Positions 1-9,311 of a stretch of DNA of 64,000 nucleotides are shown here, in pieces; positions within the stretch are counted from its first letter, which is position 1, and every line of letters begins with the position of its first letter. Made by a program: the position numbers and the translations under genes. The stretch is from Solirubrobacterales bacterium (GTDB lineage: Bacteria > Actinomycetota > Thermoleophilia > Solirubrobacterales > 70-9), in the NCBI GenBank assembly GCA_036406595.1, contig DASXAR010000061.1, positions 2,566 to 66,565 on the forward strand, in the 5' to 3' direction. The notes under the pieces are model-generated. The model was given only the letters and a program-made list of their open reading frames with translations, was not told where the DNA came from and did no database searches.

Positions 1-494
1 TGGACCACAGCTCGGCGATCTCCGAGTTCCCCCAGTCCACCTTCGTGGTCAGCGAGGTCGAGTGGAGGGCGGCGACGGCCGGCCCCCGGCCGCTTCTAAA
101 TGGCTATCGCCGCGAGCACTACGACTTCGCCTTCGATTTCCGGACGGTCGACTTCGACCGCGGTGGGATCGACTCCTACGCCACCTTCGGCCGCACCTTC
201 GACCTCTTCGGGGACGGCTCGCTTCGCCTCGCCTTCACTCCTGGCCACAGCGCGGGCCACACCTCGGTGATCGCCCGGCTTCGGGAGCGGGACTTCGTGA
301 TCGGAGGCGACGCCACCTACACCCAGGGACAACTCGACGGCACCGCACCGACCGAGCCGCGCCCGTTCGACGCTCATAATCACCGCCGTTCGCTGCAGGA
401 GCTGAAGCTGTTCAAGCGGGAGTTCCCGCAGGCGATCGTCACCCCTGGCCACGACCCCGAGTTCTACGCCGGGCTCGAGTCCCGCTACGAGTAA
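1..494 (+). CDS. MBL-fold metallo-hydrolase (lactonase-like), C-terminal part; 5' end outside window
   Basis: Reading frame is open to base 1. TPGHSAGH and TPGHDP metal-ligand motifs of the beta-lactamase fold. Confidence 0.7.
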   Translation, partial: DHSSAISEFPQSTFVVSEVEWRAATAGPRPLLNGYRREHYDFAFDFRTVDFDRGGIDSYATFGRTFDLFGDGSLRLAFTPGHSAGHTSVIARLRERDFVIGGDATYTQGQLDGTAPTEPRPFDAHNHRRSLQELKLFKREFPQAIVTPGHDPEFYAGLESRYE

Positions 495-518
495 GCCTCA
501 GGCCGCTCCGCTTCCAGC

Positions 519-1223
519 TCAGCGCCGCGCCGTCTCCAGCGCCCCGTACATCTCGCGGACCTTCTCGAACACCTCTGTCGCAACCTCGAGCTGGCGCTCG
601 CGCGCCGCATCGGACTCGACCGGAAAGGTGATCGGCTCGCCGAACTGGACGGTGACCTTGGGGAAGCGGAATCGCTTCCAGCGCCGCACCGAGGCGGAGC
701 CGTGGACCGCCACAGGAACGACCGGAGCCCCCGATTCCAGCGCGATCCGGCCGATGCCGGGCTTGACCTCGCCGAGCTCGCCGCTGCGCGAGCGCCCACC
801 CTCGGCGTAGATCAGCAGCATCCCGCCCTGCTCGAGAATCACGTTCGCGGTCCGGAACGCCTCGTCGTCGCGGTGCCCGCGGCGGACGGGGAAGACGCCC
901 CCGTGGCTGTATATGTAGGTCAGCACCGGCGGGCCGAAGAGCTGCGATTTCGCCATGAAGCGGACCTTGCGCCGCAGGTAGAGGCCGATGAAGAAGTGGT
1001 CCATCTGGCTGAAGTGGTTGGGCGCCAGGATCAGCGGGCCGGACCTGGGAACGTTGCCGACGCCGATGCCGCGCACGCGGTAGATCAGCAGCGTCGGCAG
1101 CGTGACCAGGGCGCGGACGAAGGTGTAGGTCCAGCCGACTCCCTTTCGAGCCCGCGCGTGGAACTGGTCGAAGTACTCCGCGGGGCGCTCGTCCTTGTAG
1201 ACCTGTGGCTTGATGTCGGGCAT
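519..1223 (-). CDS. plsC: 1-acyl-sn-glycerol-3-phosphate (lysophospholipid) acyltransferase
   Basis: NHFSQMDH (HX4D) and YAEGGRSRSG acyltransferase motifs. Start moved from 1310 to ATG 1223 (MPDIKPQ), which removes an Arg/Pro-rich shadow extension. Confidence 0.8.
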   Translation of the reverse strand: MPDIKPQVYKDERPAEYFDQFHARARKGVGWTYTFVRALVTLPTLLIYRVRGIGVGNVPRSGPLILAPNHFSQMDHFFIGLYLRRKVRFMAKSQLFGPPVLTYIYSHGGVFPVRRGHRDDEAFRTANVILEQGGMLLIYAEGGRSRSGELGEVKPGIGRIALESGAPVVPVAVHGSASVRRWKRFRFPKVTVQFGEPITFPVESDAARERQLEVATEVFEKVREMYGALETARR

Positions 1224-1281
1224 GGCTGGGCGGGGCCGGGCTGGCGGCCTTCGCTCTGCGTACCCCCGGTCGCGACGGCGG

Positions 1282-2730
1282 TTACGCGGCCCAGTCGCGG
1301 GCCCGCTCAACCGCTCGGTGCCATCCTTGGAGCAGCGTCTCGCGCTGCTCCACGGACATCCGGGGCTCGTAGGTCGCCGCCTCCCTCCACATCTCCCCCA
1401 CGTCGTCCGGCGACCAGCGGCCGGAGGCGATGCCGGCGAGGTACGCGGCGCCGAGCGCCGTCGTCTCGGCGATCTCGGGAACGACGACGGCAGCGTCGAG
1501 GACGTCGGCCTGGAACTGCATCAGCCAGTGATTGGCAACCGCTCCGCCGTCGGCTTTGAGCGTCTCGAGCCGCTGTCCCGAGGCCGCCTCCTGCGCCCGC
1601 ACCGCGTCGAGCGCCTGGTAGGCGATCGCCTCGAGCGTGGCGCGGGCGAGGTGGGCACGGCCACTGCCCCTCGTCAGGCCGACGATCGTGCCGCGCGCGT
1701 AGGGATCCCAATGGGGCGAGCCCAGCCCGGTCAGCGCGGGCACGAAGTAGACGCCGTCGTTGCTCTCCAGGGAAGCGGCGAGCGGCTCGGTCTCGGCGGC
1801 GTCGGCGATCACGCCAAGCCCGTCGCGTAGCCACTGCACGGCGGCGCCGCTGACGAATATCGACGCCTCGAGCGCATAGGCGGCCTCGTCCCTGCCGCTG
1901 CAGGCGACGGTCGTCAGCAGGCCGTTGCAGGGAGGTGCGGCGCTCGGCCCGGTGTTCAGCAGGACGAAGCTGCCGGTCCCGTAAGTGTTCTTGGCGCTGC
2001 CGGGCTCCTGACACGCCTGGCCGAACAGGGCCGCCTGCTGGTCGCCGGCGATGCCCGCGACGGGCACCCTGCCGCCGAACTCGCCGGTCGTTCCGAAAAC
2101 GTGCGCGGACGGCAGGGGCTCAGGCAGCTGCGCCTGACCGACTCCGAACGTGTCGCAGAGCTCCTCGTCCCAGGTGAGGCGATGGATGTCGAAGAGGAGG
2201 GTGCGCGAAGCGTTCGTGTAATCGGTGGCATGGCGACCGGTCAGCTTGAAGACGAGCCAGGAGTCGATCGTCCCGAAGAGGGCTCCGGAGGCGCCCTCGA
2301 CGTTGCGCAGCATCCACTCGATCTTGGTCGCGCTGAAGTAGGGGTCGAGGACGAGCCCGGTCCGCTCGCGCACGGTCGACTCGAGCCCCTGCTCGCGGAG
2401 CTCATCGCAGCGGCCGGCGGTGCGCCGGTCCTGCCAGACGAGCGCCCGGTGGACCGGCTCGCCGGTTGCCGGGTCCCAGGCGACGACCGTCTCGCGCTGG
2501 TTGGTAATCCCGATCGCGTCGAGGTCTGCGCCCTCGATGCCGGCAGCGGCGATCGCCTCGGCGCCGACGCGGCGGGTCACCTGCCAGATTTCCTCCGCAT
2601 CGTGCTCGACCCATCCCGGGCGGGGATAGTGCTGCTCGAACTCCGAGTAGGCGCGCCCGGCGACCGCTCCAGAGTCGTCGAAGACGAGGCACGAGGTCCC
2701 GGTCGTTCCCTGATCGATGGCAAGGATCAC
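1282..2730 (-). CDS. glpK: glycerol kinase
   Basis: 482 aa, with full-length FGGY kinase pattern (ILAIDQGTTGTS, GDQQAALFGQ). GTG start overlaps the stop of the upstream glycosyltransferase (GTGA). Confidence 0.95.
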   Translation of the reverse strand: MILAIDQGTTGTSCLVFDDSGAVAGRAYSEFEQHYPRPGWVEHDAEEIWQVTRRVGAEAIAAAGIEGADLDAIGITNQRETVVAWDPATGEPVHRALVWQDRRTAGRCDELREQGLESTVRERTGLVLDPYFSATKIEWMLRNVEGASGALFGTIDSWLVFKLTGRHATDYTNASRTLLFDIHRLTWDEELCDTFGVGQAQLPEPLPSAHVFGTTGEFGGRVPVAGIAGDQQAALFGQACQEPGSAKNTYGTGSFVLLNTGPSAAPPCNGLLTTVACSGRDEAAYALEASIFVSGAAVQWLRDGLGVIADAAETEPLAASLESNDGVYFVPALTGLGSPHWDPYARGTIVGLTRGSGRAHLARATLEAIAYQALDAVRAQEAASGQRLETLKADGGAVANHWLMQFQADVLDAAVVVPEIAETTALGAAYLAGIASGRWSPDDVGEMWREAATYEPRMSVEQRETLLQGWHRAVERARDWAA

Positions 2731-3443
2731 TGGTCGCTGAACCTACTGCGGCGAGCCAGATAGACGCGGAGGAAGTCGAGGAGCTGGCGGCCGCGGTGGG
2801 CGAAGCCGCGCAGGTCACGGCCGGTGGCGCGGTGGCTGAGGTCGAGCTCATACTCGCGGAGGCGGTAGCCGGCGCGGACCGCGTCGATCGTCATCCCGAC
2901 CTCCAGCCCGTAGCCGTGCGCGAACGGCATCGCGGCGCGAAGCACCTCGGGTCGAGCTGCGCGCTGGCCCGAGATCGGCGCCTCGGTGACCAGCCCGCAG
3001 CGGCGCCTGATCGCCCAGCGGGCGAAGCCGAGGGCGATCCCGAAGCCGCCGCCGACCCGCCTGCCGAAGGAGGCCACAGCGAGATCGCAGTCGCCTCGCT
3101 CGACCGCGTCAACGAGGGGGCCGAGCCCGGCCGCGGAGGCGCCGAGATCCCCATCGCAGAGAAGGACGATGGCGGGCGGGACATCGTCGGAGAGGGCGGC
3201 CTCCAGCGCAGCGCCGACGTTCCCCCCCTTGCCGTGCGAGCGGCCGCGGCTGACGACGCGCGCGCCGGCGACCATCGCCGCGTCGGCGGTGCCGTCAGTG
3301 GAGGCATCGTCGGCCACCCAGAGGGAGGCTCCCGGGAAGGCGTCCCGCAGCGCGCCGATCGTCGCGCCGATCCGGTCCGCCTCGTTGCGCGCGGCGGCGA
3401 CGACGGCGAGATCGCGGTTTGGATCGGCATCCACGGGGCGCAT
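2727..3443 (-). CDS. GT-A fold glycosyltransferase (family 2 / GT81-like, resembles glucosyl-3-phosphoglycerate synthases)
   Basis: VADDASTDGT and CDGDL motifs. The C-terminal GYGLEVGMTIDA...DLSHR region is like GpgS-type enzymes as I remember them. Start set at ATG 3443, behind GGAAGG. Confidence 0.65.
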   Translation of the reverse strand: MRPVDADPNRDLAVVAAARNEADRIGATIGALRDAFPGASLWVADDASTDGTADAAMVAGARVVSRGRSHGKGGNVGAALEAALSDDVPPAIVLLCDGDLGASAAGLGPLVDAVERGDCDLAVASFGRRVGGGFGIALGFARWAIRRRCGLVTEAPISGQRAARPEVLRAAMPFAHGYGLEVGMTIDAVRAGYRLREYELDLSHRATGRDLRGFAHRGRQLLDFLRVYLARRSRFSDQ

Positions 3444-3562
3444 TCTGCCTTCCGCTGTTCCTTTCTCGCCCTGGAGACGCATAAGGAACAGCTGGAAGCG
3501 ACTGGCCGCCGAGCGGGACGGAAGCGCTCCGGCCACCGGGCCGGCGGATATTCTCCCGCCTC

Positions 3563-3775
3563 GTGGCGGAGATCGAGGCGCACATCACCGGCAACGTCTG
3601 GAAAATCGAGGTGGCCGTCGGCGACACGGTCGAGGACGGCGACACCGTCGTGATCCTCGAGTCGATGAAGATGGAGATCCCGGTGGAGGCTGAGGACGAC
3701 GGGATTGTCAAGGAGATCCGCTGCGAGGAGGGCCAGTCGGTCAGCGAAGGCGACGTCCTCGTAGTGCTGGAGTGA
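3563..3775 (+). CDS. stand-alone biotinyl/lipoyl carrier domain protein (BCCP-like)
   Basis: 70 aa containing the ESMKME biotinylation motif. GTG start. Confidence 0.85.
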   Translation: MAEIEAHITGNVWKIEVAVGDTVEDGDTVVILESMKMEIPVEAEDDGIVKEIRCEEGQSVSEGDVLVVLE

Positions 3776-4584
3776 GCGGCAGCGAGCAGCTCGCCGGCGG
3801 CAAGCTGATCCTCGACAGGCCCGCCGAGGCGGTCGCCCGCATGCGCATCTCGAACCCGGAGCGGCGCAACGCGCTCGACCACGAGATCCTCGACGGGATC
3901 GCGGCGCTTCTGCCCCGCCTCGACGACGGCATCGAGACCCGCTGCGTCGTGATCACCGGCGCGCCCCCGGCCTTCTCGGCGGGCTATGACCTCGCCTCGA
4001 TACCCGGCGACAGCTTCGAGCACAACGCCGAGGCGCTCGTCGCCCATCCGTTCCACGCCGCGCTGGAGGCACTCGAGGAGCATCCCTGGCCGACCCTCGC
4101 CGCGATCAACGGCCATTGCCTCGGCGGAGGGCTCGAGCTGGCGATCACCTGCGACCTGCGGATCTGCGCGGCCGGCGCGAAGCTCGGGATGCCGCCGGCG
4201 AAGCTCGGCCTCGTCTACGGACACACCGGCCTGCGCAAGTTCCTCGACATAACCGGCCTCGCCGGGACCAAGGAGCTGTTTCTGACCGGTCGCAACGTCG
4301 AGGCCGACCGCGCCGAGCAGATCGGCCTCGTCCACGAGGTCGTCACCGACGATGAGCTCGAGGAGGCGGCGCTCGAAAGAGCAGCCGCGATCGCCACGAA
4401 CGCGCCCCTCTCGATGCGCGGCAACAAGCAGGCGATCGAAATGCTGCGGCGGAACCCTGTCCTCACCGAGGAGCAGGAGGCGACCCTGATCGCCCTGCGC
4501 GAGTCCTGCTTCTCCTCCGAGGACCTGCGCGAGGGTATCGAAGCGTTCGCCGCGAAGCGCAAGCCGCGCTGGCGGGGCCGTTGA
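3772..4584 (+). CDS. enoyl-CoA hydratase/isomerase (crotonase) family protein
   Basis: Crotonase fold pattern (VVITGAPPAFSAGYDL, NGHCLGGGLELA). GTGA overlap with the BCCP-like gene. Confidence 0.85.
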   Translation: MSGSEQLAGGKLILDRPAEAVARMRISNPERRNALDHEILDGIAALLPRLDDGIETRCVVITGAPPAFSAGYDLASIPGDSFEHNAEALVAHPFHAALEALEEHPWPTLAAINGHCLGGGLELAITCDLRICAAGAKLGMPPAKLGLVYGHTGLRKFLDITGLAGTKELFLTGRNVEADRAEQIGLVHEVVTDDELEEAALERAAAIATNAPLSMRGNKQAIEMLRRNPVLTEEQEATLIALRESCFSSEDLREGIEAFAAKRKPRWRGR

Positions 4585-5216
4585 GCGCCGCCGGCCGCTC
4601 AGCGCTCGCCGCCGCCGACCCGACGATGGGGGCGCTGATCGAGCGGGTCGGCGAGATCGACATCGCGACCAGGCTGCGGCGGCGGAAAGAGGAGCGCCCC
4701 GCCGACGCCTACGGCGCCCTGCTGCGGGCCATCGTCGGCCAGCAGCTCTCGACCAAAGCGGCGCGGACGATCTATGGGCGGGTCTGCGAGCTGTTCGGCG
4801 GCAGCACCCCGACGCCCGAGCAGCTGCTGGAGGCGAGCGAGACGGACCTGCGCGGCGCCGGCCTCTCGGGGCGCAAGGTCGAATACATCCGCGACCTCGC
4901 CGCCCACGTCATCTCGGGGGAGCTGGAGCTGGACCGACTCGGCGACCTCTCCGACGAGGAGGTGATCGAGGAGATCGTCGCCGTCCGCGGCCTCGGCCAA
5001 TGGACCGCGGAGATGTTCCTCCTCTTCCATCTGGAGCGCCCCGACGTCCTCTCCGGCGGGGATCTCGGGATCCGCAAGGCGATCCAGATCGAGTACGGGC
5101 TCGACGAGATGCCCACCCCCCAGCGGGTGGTCGAGATCGGCGAGCCCTGGCGACCCCACCGCAGCCTCGCCTCCCTCTACCTCTGGGAGTCGCTCGCCGC
5201 GGTCCCGGGCGACTAG
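4581..5216 (+). CDS. DNA-3-methyladenine glycosylase II family (HhH-GPD, AlkA-like)
   Basis: HhH-GPD pattern (IVGQQLSTKAARTI, VRGLGQWTAEMFL, GDLGIRKA). TTG start is uncertain; an alternative ATG lies at 4626. Confidence 0.8.
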   Translation: MSAAGRSALAAADPTMGALIERVGEIDIATRLRRRKEERPADAYGALLRAIVGQQLSTKAARTIYGRVCELFGGSTPTPEQLLEASETDLRGAGLSGRKVEYIRDLAAHVISGELELDRLGDLSDEEVIEEIVAVRGLGQWTAEMFLLFHLERPDVLSGGDLGIRKAIQIEYGLDEMPTPQRVVEIGEPWRPHRSLASLYLWESLAAVPGD

Positions 5217-5328
5217 CGAGCGGACGAGGCGCGATCCGGATCAAAGTCGCTTCAGAGAGCGGCGGCAGGATTTGAGATACGTTCGAGCGAGCGGCGCTCC
5301 GCCGCATCGAGCTCGAGAAAGGGAAGCA

Positions 5329-5766
5329 ATGGAGAGCAACGCAACCACCGACGTCGAGATGGGCCCGATCGACTACCTGGTGGTCGAGTGGCCCGGCCGG
5401 CAGCCGACCGGAGAGGCAGCGCCATACCTGCTCGACCTCGTGGACCGGGGCCTGATCCGGATCCTGGACCTGGCATTCATCGCCAAGGACGAGGACGGCT
5501 CAGTTGCACGCTTGGAGATCGCCGACCTCGGTGATGAGTTCGCGGTCTTCGTCGGTGCCTCTTCCGGGCTTCTCTCAGATGAGGACACGGATGAGGCAGC
5601 CGCAGCTCTGGACCCGGGAGCTTCGGCCGCCCTGCTCGTCTACGAGAACACCTGGGCCGCTCCGTTCGCCACCGCAATGCGCCGCTCAGGCGCTCAGCTG
5701 GTTGCCAGCGGCCGTATCCCGATACAGGCTCTGCTCGCCTCACTCGATACCGCCGAGGCGGCCTAG
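5329..5766 (+). CDS. DUF6325 family protein
   Basis: MGPIDYLVVEWPG...IRILDLAFIAKDEDG...YENTWAAPFA pattern. ATG 5329 sits behind GAAAGGGAAG. Confidence 0.7.
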   Translation: MESNATTDVEMGPIDYLVVEWPGRQPTGEAAPYLLDLVDRGLIRILDLAFIAKDEDGSVARLEIADLGDEFAVFVGASSGLLSDEDTDEAAAALDPGASAALLVYENTWAAPFATAMRRSGAQLVASGRIPIQALLASLDTAEAA

Positions 5767-5787
5767 CCCCCCGAAAGGAGAAGCCGA

Positions 5788-6066
5788 ATGCCAGGACTAG
5801 TGCGAGGAGTCGCCAGAACAGCGGTTGCCGCAGGAACGGCGACCGCGGTTCGCAATCGAGTCACCAAACGCCAGGCAGAACGTTGGGCTGAACAGGAAGG
5901 CGCGGAACAGCCCGTTGGCCGGATTCCGGCGGAAGCGCCACCCCAGGCGGAGCCCACCCAGACCTCGACTATCGAGCAGCTGAAGGAGCTCGGGCAGCTC
6001 AAAGAGCAGGGCATCCTCACAGAGGAGGAGTTCGCGGAGCAAAAGGCGAAGATCCTGGCCTCCTAG
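5788..6066 (+). CDS. SHOCT domain-containing protein
   Basis: C-terminal IEQLKELGQLKEQGILTEEEFAEQKAKIL is a typical SHOCT motif. Confidence 0.75.
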   Translation: MPGLVRGVARTAVAAGTATAVRNRVTKRQAERWAEQEGAEQPVGRIPAEAPPQAEPTQTSTIEQLKELGQLKEQGILTEEEFAEQKAKILAS

Positions 6067-6096
6067 AGAACCGCATGGGCGCGATAACGTCGAGCG

Positions 6097-6483
6097 ATGG
6101 CCGATTTCACCAAGAAGAACCTGAACGAGATCGAGGACTCCGCCGTCAAGCACGGGTTCTCGGAGACGCAGATGGCCCGCTTCGCGGGCAAGGAGCTCGG
6201 CTGCGAGTCGATCGGGCTCGCTCTCGAGGGGGTCAAGCCCGGCCGCCGCCAGGCGTTCGGCCACAGGCACGATGAGGACGAGGAGGTCTACGTGGTCCTC
6301 CAGGGCAGCGGCCGCATGCGCCTCGGAGACGAGGAGATCGAGGTCGGGGAGCTGGATGCGATCCGCGTCGCCCCCGGCGTGATGAGGGCCTTCGAAGCCG
6401 GCGAGGAGGGTCTGCAGCTGCTCGCTTTCGGCACCCATCACGAGGGAGACGGGGAGATCGACCCGGGCTTCTGGCCTGAGTGA
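6097..6483 (+). CDS. cupin domain protein
   Basis: GHRHDEDEEVYVVLQGSG...IRVAPG cupin motifs. GATAAC -10 lies 8 nt upstream of the ATG. Confidence 0.75.
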   Translation: MADFTKKNLNEIEDSAVKHGFSETQMARFAGKELGCESIGLALEGVKPGRRQAFGHRHDEDEEVYVVLQGSGRMRLGDEEIEVGELDAIRVAPGVMRAFEAGEEGLQLLAFGTHHEGDGEIDPGFWPE

Positions 6484-6532
6484 CATGGCCCGGGTGAGGC
6501 GCAGCCCGCGCGTCGGCGTCGCCTGAGCCAGG

Positions 6533-7804
6533 GTGGCCGCCAGGCGGGTCGAGCTGGGGCTGCGCGCGAACCTCGCGCAGTTCTGCCTGCTGGTCGCCGT
6601 CAACGTCTTCGTCGGCGCGATGGTCGGCCTGGAGCGGTCGACCCTGCCCCTTGTCGGGCGCCAGGAGTTCGACCTCGGCTCCAGCGCCGCGGTTCTGTCC
6701 TTCCTCGTCGCCTTCGGGCTGGTCAAGGCGATCACCAATCTCGGTGCCGGGGCGCTGGCGGAGCGGGTGGGGCGGCGGCGTTTGCTGATCGCGGGCTGGG
6801 CCGCTGCGCTTCCCGTGCCCCTGCTGATCGCCGTCGCGCCGAGCTGGAGCTGGGTGGTCGCGGCAAACGGCCTGCTCGGCGTGAACCAGGGGCTCGCCTG
6901 GTCGATGACCGTGGTGATGAAGATCGACCTCGTCGGCCCGAGGCGCCGCGGCCTCGCCCTCGGGTTGAACGAGGCGGCAGGCTACGGCGGGGTTGCCCTC
7001 GCGGCGGGGCTGAGCGGTGTGCTCGCGGCAGAGTTCGCCGCCAGGGACGTGATCGTCGTCGCCGGTGCCGCAATCGCCGCCTCCGCGTTCCTGCTGTCGC
7101 TGCTCTTCGTCCGGGATACGGGCCCGCATGTCGCGCTCGAGCAGCAGCTGCATCATCCGGATGCCGACGAGACCCCGCCACGGCTTCGCGAAGCCTTCCC
7201 GGAGGCGACCTACCGGGCGCCGGCGCTGCGCTCCTGCTCGCAGGCCGGTCTCATCAACAACCTCAACGACGGTCTCTCCTGGGGGCTCGTGCCGCTGTTC
7301 CTGGCGGCGCATGGGGTCGGGGTCGCCGAGGTCGGGCTGGTCGCCGGCGTCTATCCGGGAGTCTGGAGCGTCGCGCAGGTAGGGACCGGCGCCTGGTCGG
7401 ACGCGGTCGGGCGCAAGCCCCTGATAGTCGCCGGGATGCTGCTACAGGCGGGCGCGCTCGTTCTGATGGCACTCAGCGGGGGCGCGGTCGCCGTCGCCGC
7501 CGCAGCCGCCGCCCTCCTCGGCCTCGGGACCGCGCTGGTCTACCCGACGCTGATCGCCGCGATCTCAGATGCCGTCTCGCCGATCGAGCGGGCACCGGTG
7601 GTCGGCGTCTATCGCTTCTGGCGCGACATGGGCTACGCGCTCGGAGCGCTGATCGCGGGCGGCGCTGCGGATGCGCTCGGGTACGGAGGGGCGATCGGGG
7701 TCGTCGCCGGCCTGACGGCGATCTCGGGCCTCTGGGTGCTGATCGACATGCCCGCCCGGGCCGATTCGGCTGGACAGCTGATGGCAGAGGCCACCCGCGA
7801 CTAA
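6533..7804 (+). CDS. MFS transporter
   Basis: 423 aa, about 12 hydrophobic helices, with a GRRRLL loop motif between TM2 and TM3. Confidence 0.8.
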   Translation: MAARRVELGLRANLAQFCLLVAVNVFVGAMVGLERSTLPLVGRQEFDLGSSAAVLSFLVAFGLVKAITNLGAGALAERVGRRRLLIAGWAAALPVPLLIAVAPSWSWVVAANGLLGVNQGLAWSMTVVMKIDLVGPRRRGLALGLNEAAGYGGVALAAGLSGVLAAEFAARDVIVVAGAAIAASAFLLSLLFVRDTGPHVALEQQLHHPDADETPPRLREAFPEATYRAPALRSCSQAGLINNLNDGLSWGLVPLFLAAHGVGVAEVGLVAGVYPGVWSVAQVGTGAWSDAVGRKPLIVAGMLLQAGALVLMALSGGAVAVAAAAAALLGLGTALVYPTLIAAISDAVSPIERAPVVGVYRFWRDMGYALGALIAGGAADALGYGGAIGVVAGLTAISGLWVLIDMPARADSAGQLMAEATRD

Positions 7805-7811
7805 TCGCATC

Positions 7812-9311
7812 GTGCCTGGCTACGACAATAGATACGTGCGTTTTCGATTCTTCCTGGGGCTCGCGGTCGTCGCGGCCATCGCGGTCGGCTGCGTCGTCGC
7901 GGCGCTGGTCGTCCGCGATCACGAAACGAACGCCTTCGAGGCACGCCAGAAGGACGAGGCGGTGCGCGCCGCCGGCCAGGCCGAAGCCTCCGCGGCGCTG
8001 TCGCTCGGACAGCTGGCGAGCGCCGCCGCCTTCTACCAGACGGTGGATCGCCTGACCGCTCACAAATTCCACGTCATGGCCGAGTCGCTGCTCAGCGCGG
8101 GCAACCTGCGGGGGACGGCCCTGATCCTTGCGGTGAGGAACCGGGACCGAGCACGCTTCGAACGGGGGCGCGGCCGTCCGATCGTCGACATCACGGCCGG
8201 CGGGTTTCCGAGGGCCGCTCGGAGACACATCTACTACCCCCTCGCCTTCGCCGACTCGCACAGCCTCCTGAAGCCTCCGCTCGGGTACGACCTCGGCGGC
8301 GATCCGCTCCGCGCGCCCTACCTGTTTCGCGCCCGCGATAGCGGCAGGCCGGTGGCGAGCCGCGTGATGCAGCTGCTCTCCGGCGGAGCGGGCATCTACG
8401 TCTTCCGCCCCGTCTACCGGGATGGCGCGACGACGGCAACCGTCACGCAACGACGCCACGCGCTGCGCGGCTTTGCGGTGGGCTCCTTCGACGTGCGAAA
8501 GCTCGCCGCCGCCGCGTCCTCGGCCGTCGAAGGGGATGTCGACGTGCAGCTCCGGGAGAACGGTCAATCGGTTGAGGGCCCGAGCCTTCCCCCCGGGGAA
8601 TCGGATTTCTCCAACCTGCGGATCGCAGATCGCACCTGGGTGCTCGCCCTACGCGACCCCGCGGCCCCCAAGGTGACGCTGCCGGCTCTGATCGCCGTCT
8701 TCGGGATCTCGATCGCGGTCCTGCTCGCCGCATTGGTCATGGTCTGGAGCCGCAAAGATCGGATGCAGGAGCTTCAGCGCCAGGCCAGCCAGGATGTCCT
8801 GACCGGCCTCAAGAACAGGCGGCGCTTCGAGGAGGACCTCCACCGAGAGCTGGCGCGAAGCCGTCGCGAGGGGACCGAAGGAGCGGTTCTGATGCTCGAC
8901 CTCGACCACTTCAAGCAGGTCAACGACACGTTGGGGCACCCGACCGGGGACCGGCTGATTGCCGGCATCGCCGACGTCCTTCGGAGCCGCATGCGGGAGA
9001 CGGACGTGGTGGCGCGCCTGGGCGGCGACGAGTTCGCGCTGGTGCTTCCCCGCTGCGACCAGGAGGAGGCGCTGACGGTCGCCGAGGAGATCGCGGCCGC
9101 GGTCCGCGACCATGGCTCGGATCGCGGTGATGTCCCGAACGTCACCGCCAGCATCGGGATCGCCATGTTCGGTCCGGGGCGGCAGGGCGATTTCGACCGG
9201 GCGCTGACAGAGGCGGACGCGGCGATGTACGAGGCGAAGCAGAGCGGCCGCGACACGGTGCGGCTAGCGAAGCCCGAGCCGGTGGCGGAGCCCAAGGACC
9301 CGGTCGGCTGA
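7812..9311 (+). CDS. membrane diguanylate cyclase (CHASE-like sensor + GGDEF)
   Basis: N-terminal TM helix, then a periplasmic YYPLAF...LGYDLGGDP CHASE-like region, a second TM helix, then the GGDEF motif (RLGGDEFALVL). Confidence 0.85.
   Translation: MPGYDNRYVRFRFFLGLAVVAAIAVGCVVAALVVRDHETNAFEARQKDEAVRAAGQAEASAALSLGQLASAAAFYQTVDRLTAHKFHVMAESLLSAGNLRGTALILAVRNRDRARFERGRGRPIVDITAGGFPRAARRHIYYPLAFADSHSLLKPPLGYDLGGDPLRAPYLFRARDSGRPVASRVMQLLSGGAGIYVFRPVYRDGATTATVTQRRHALRGFAVGSFDVRKLAAAASSAVEGDVDVQLRENGQSVEGPSLPPGESDFSNLRIADRTWVLALRDPAAPKVTLPALIAVFGISIAVLLAALVMVWSRKDRMQELQRQASQDVLTGLKNRRRFEEDLHRELARSRREGTEGAVLMLDLDHFKQVNDTLGHPTGDRLIAGIADVLRSRMRETDVVARLGGDEFALVLPRCDQEEALTVAEEIAAAVRDHGSDRGDVPNVTASIGIAMFGPGRQGDFDRALTEADAAMYEAKQSGRDTVRLAKPEPVAEPKDPVG

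Noticed and set aside
1261-1285. GGGTAC with GTAA at N16, upstream of plsC (minus strand)
   Set aside because: The -35 matches only 2 of 4 positions. Too weak to include in the regulon list.
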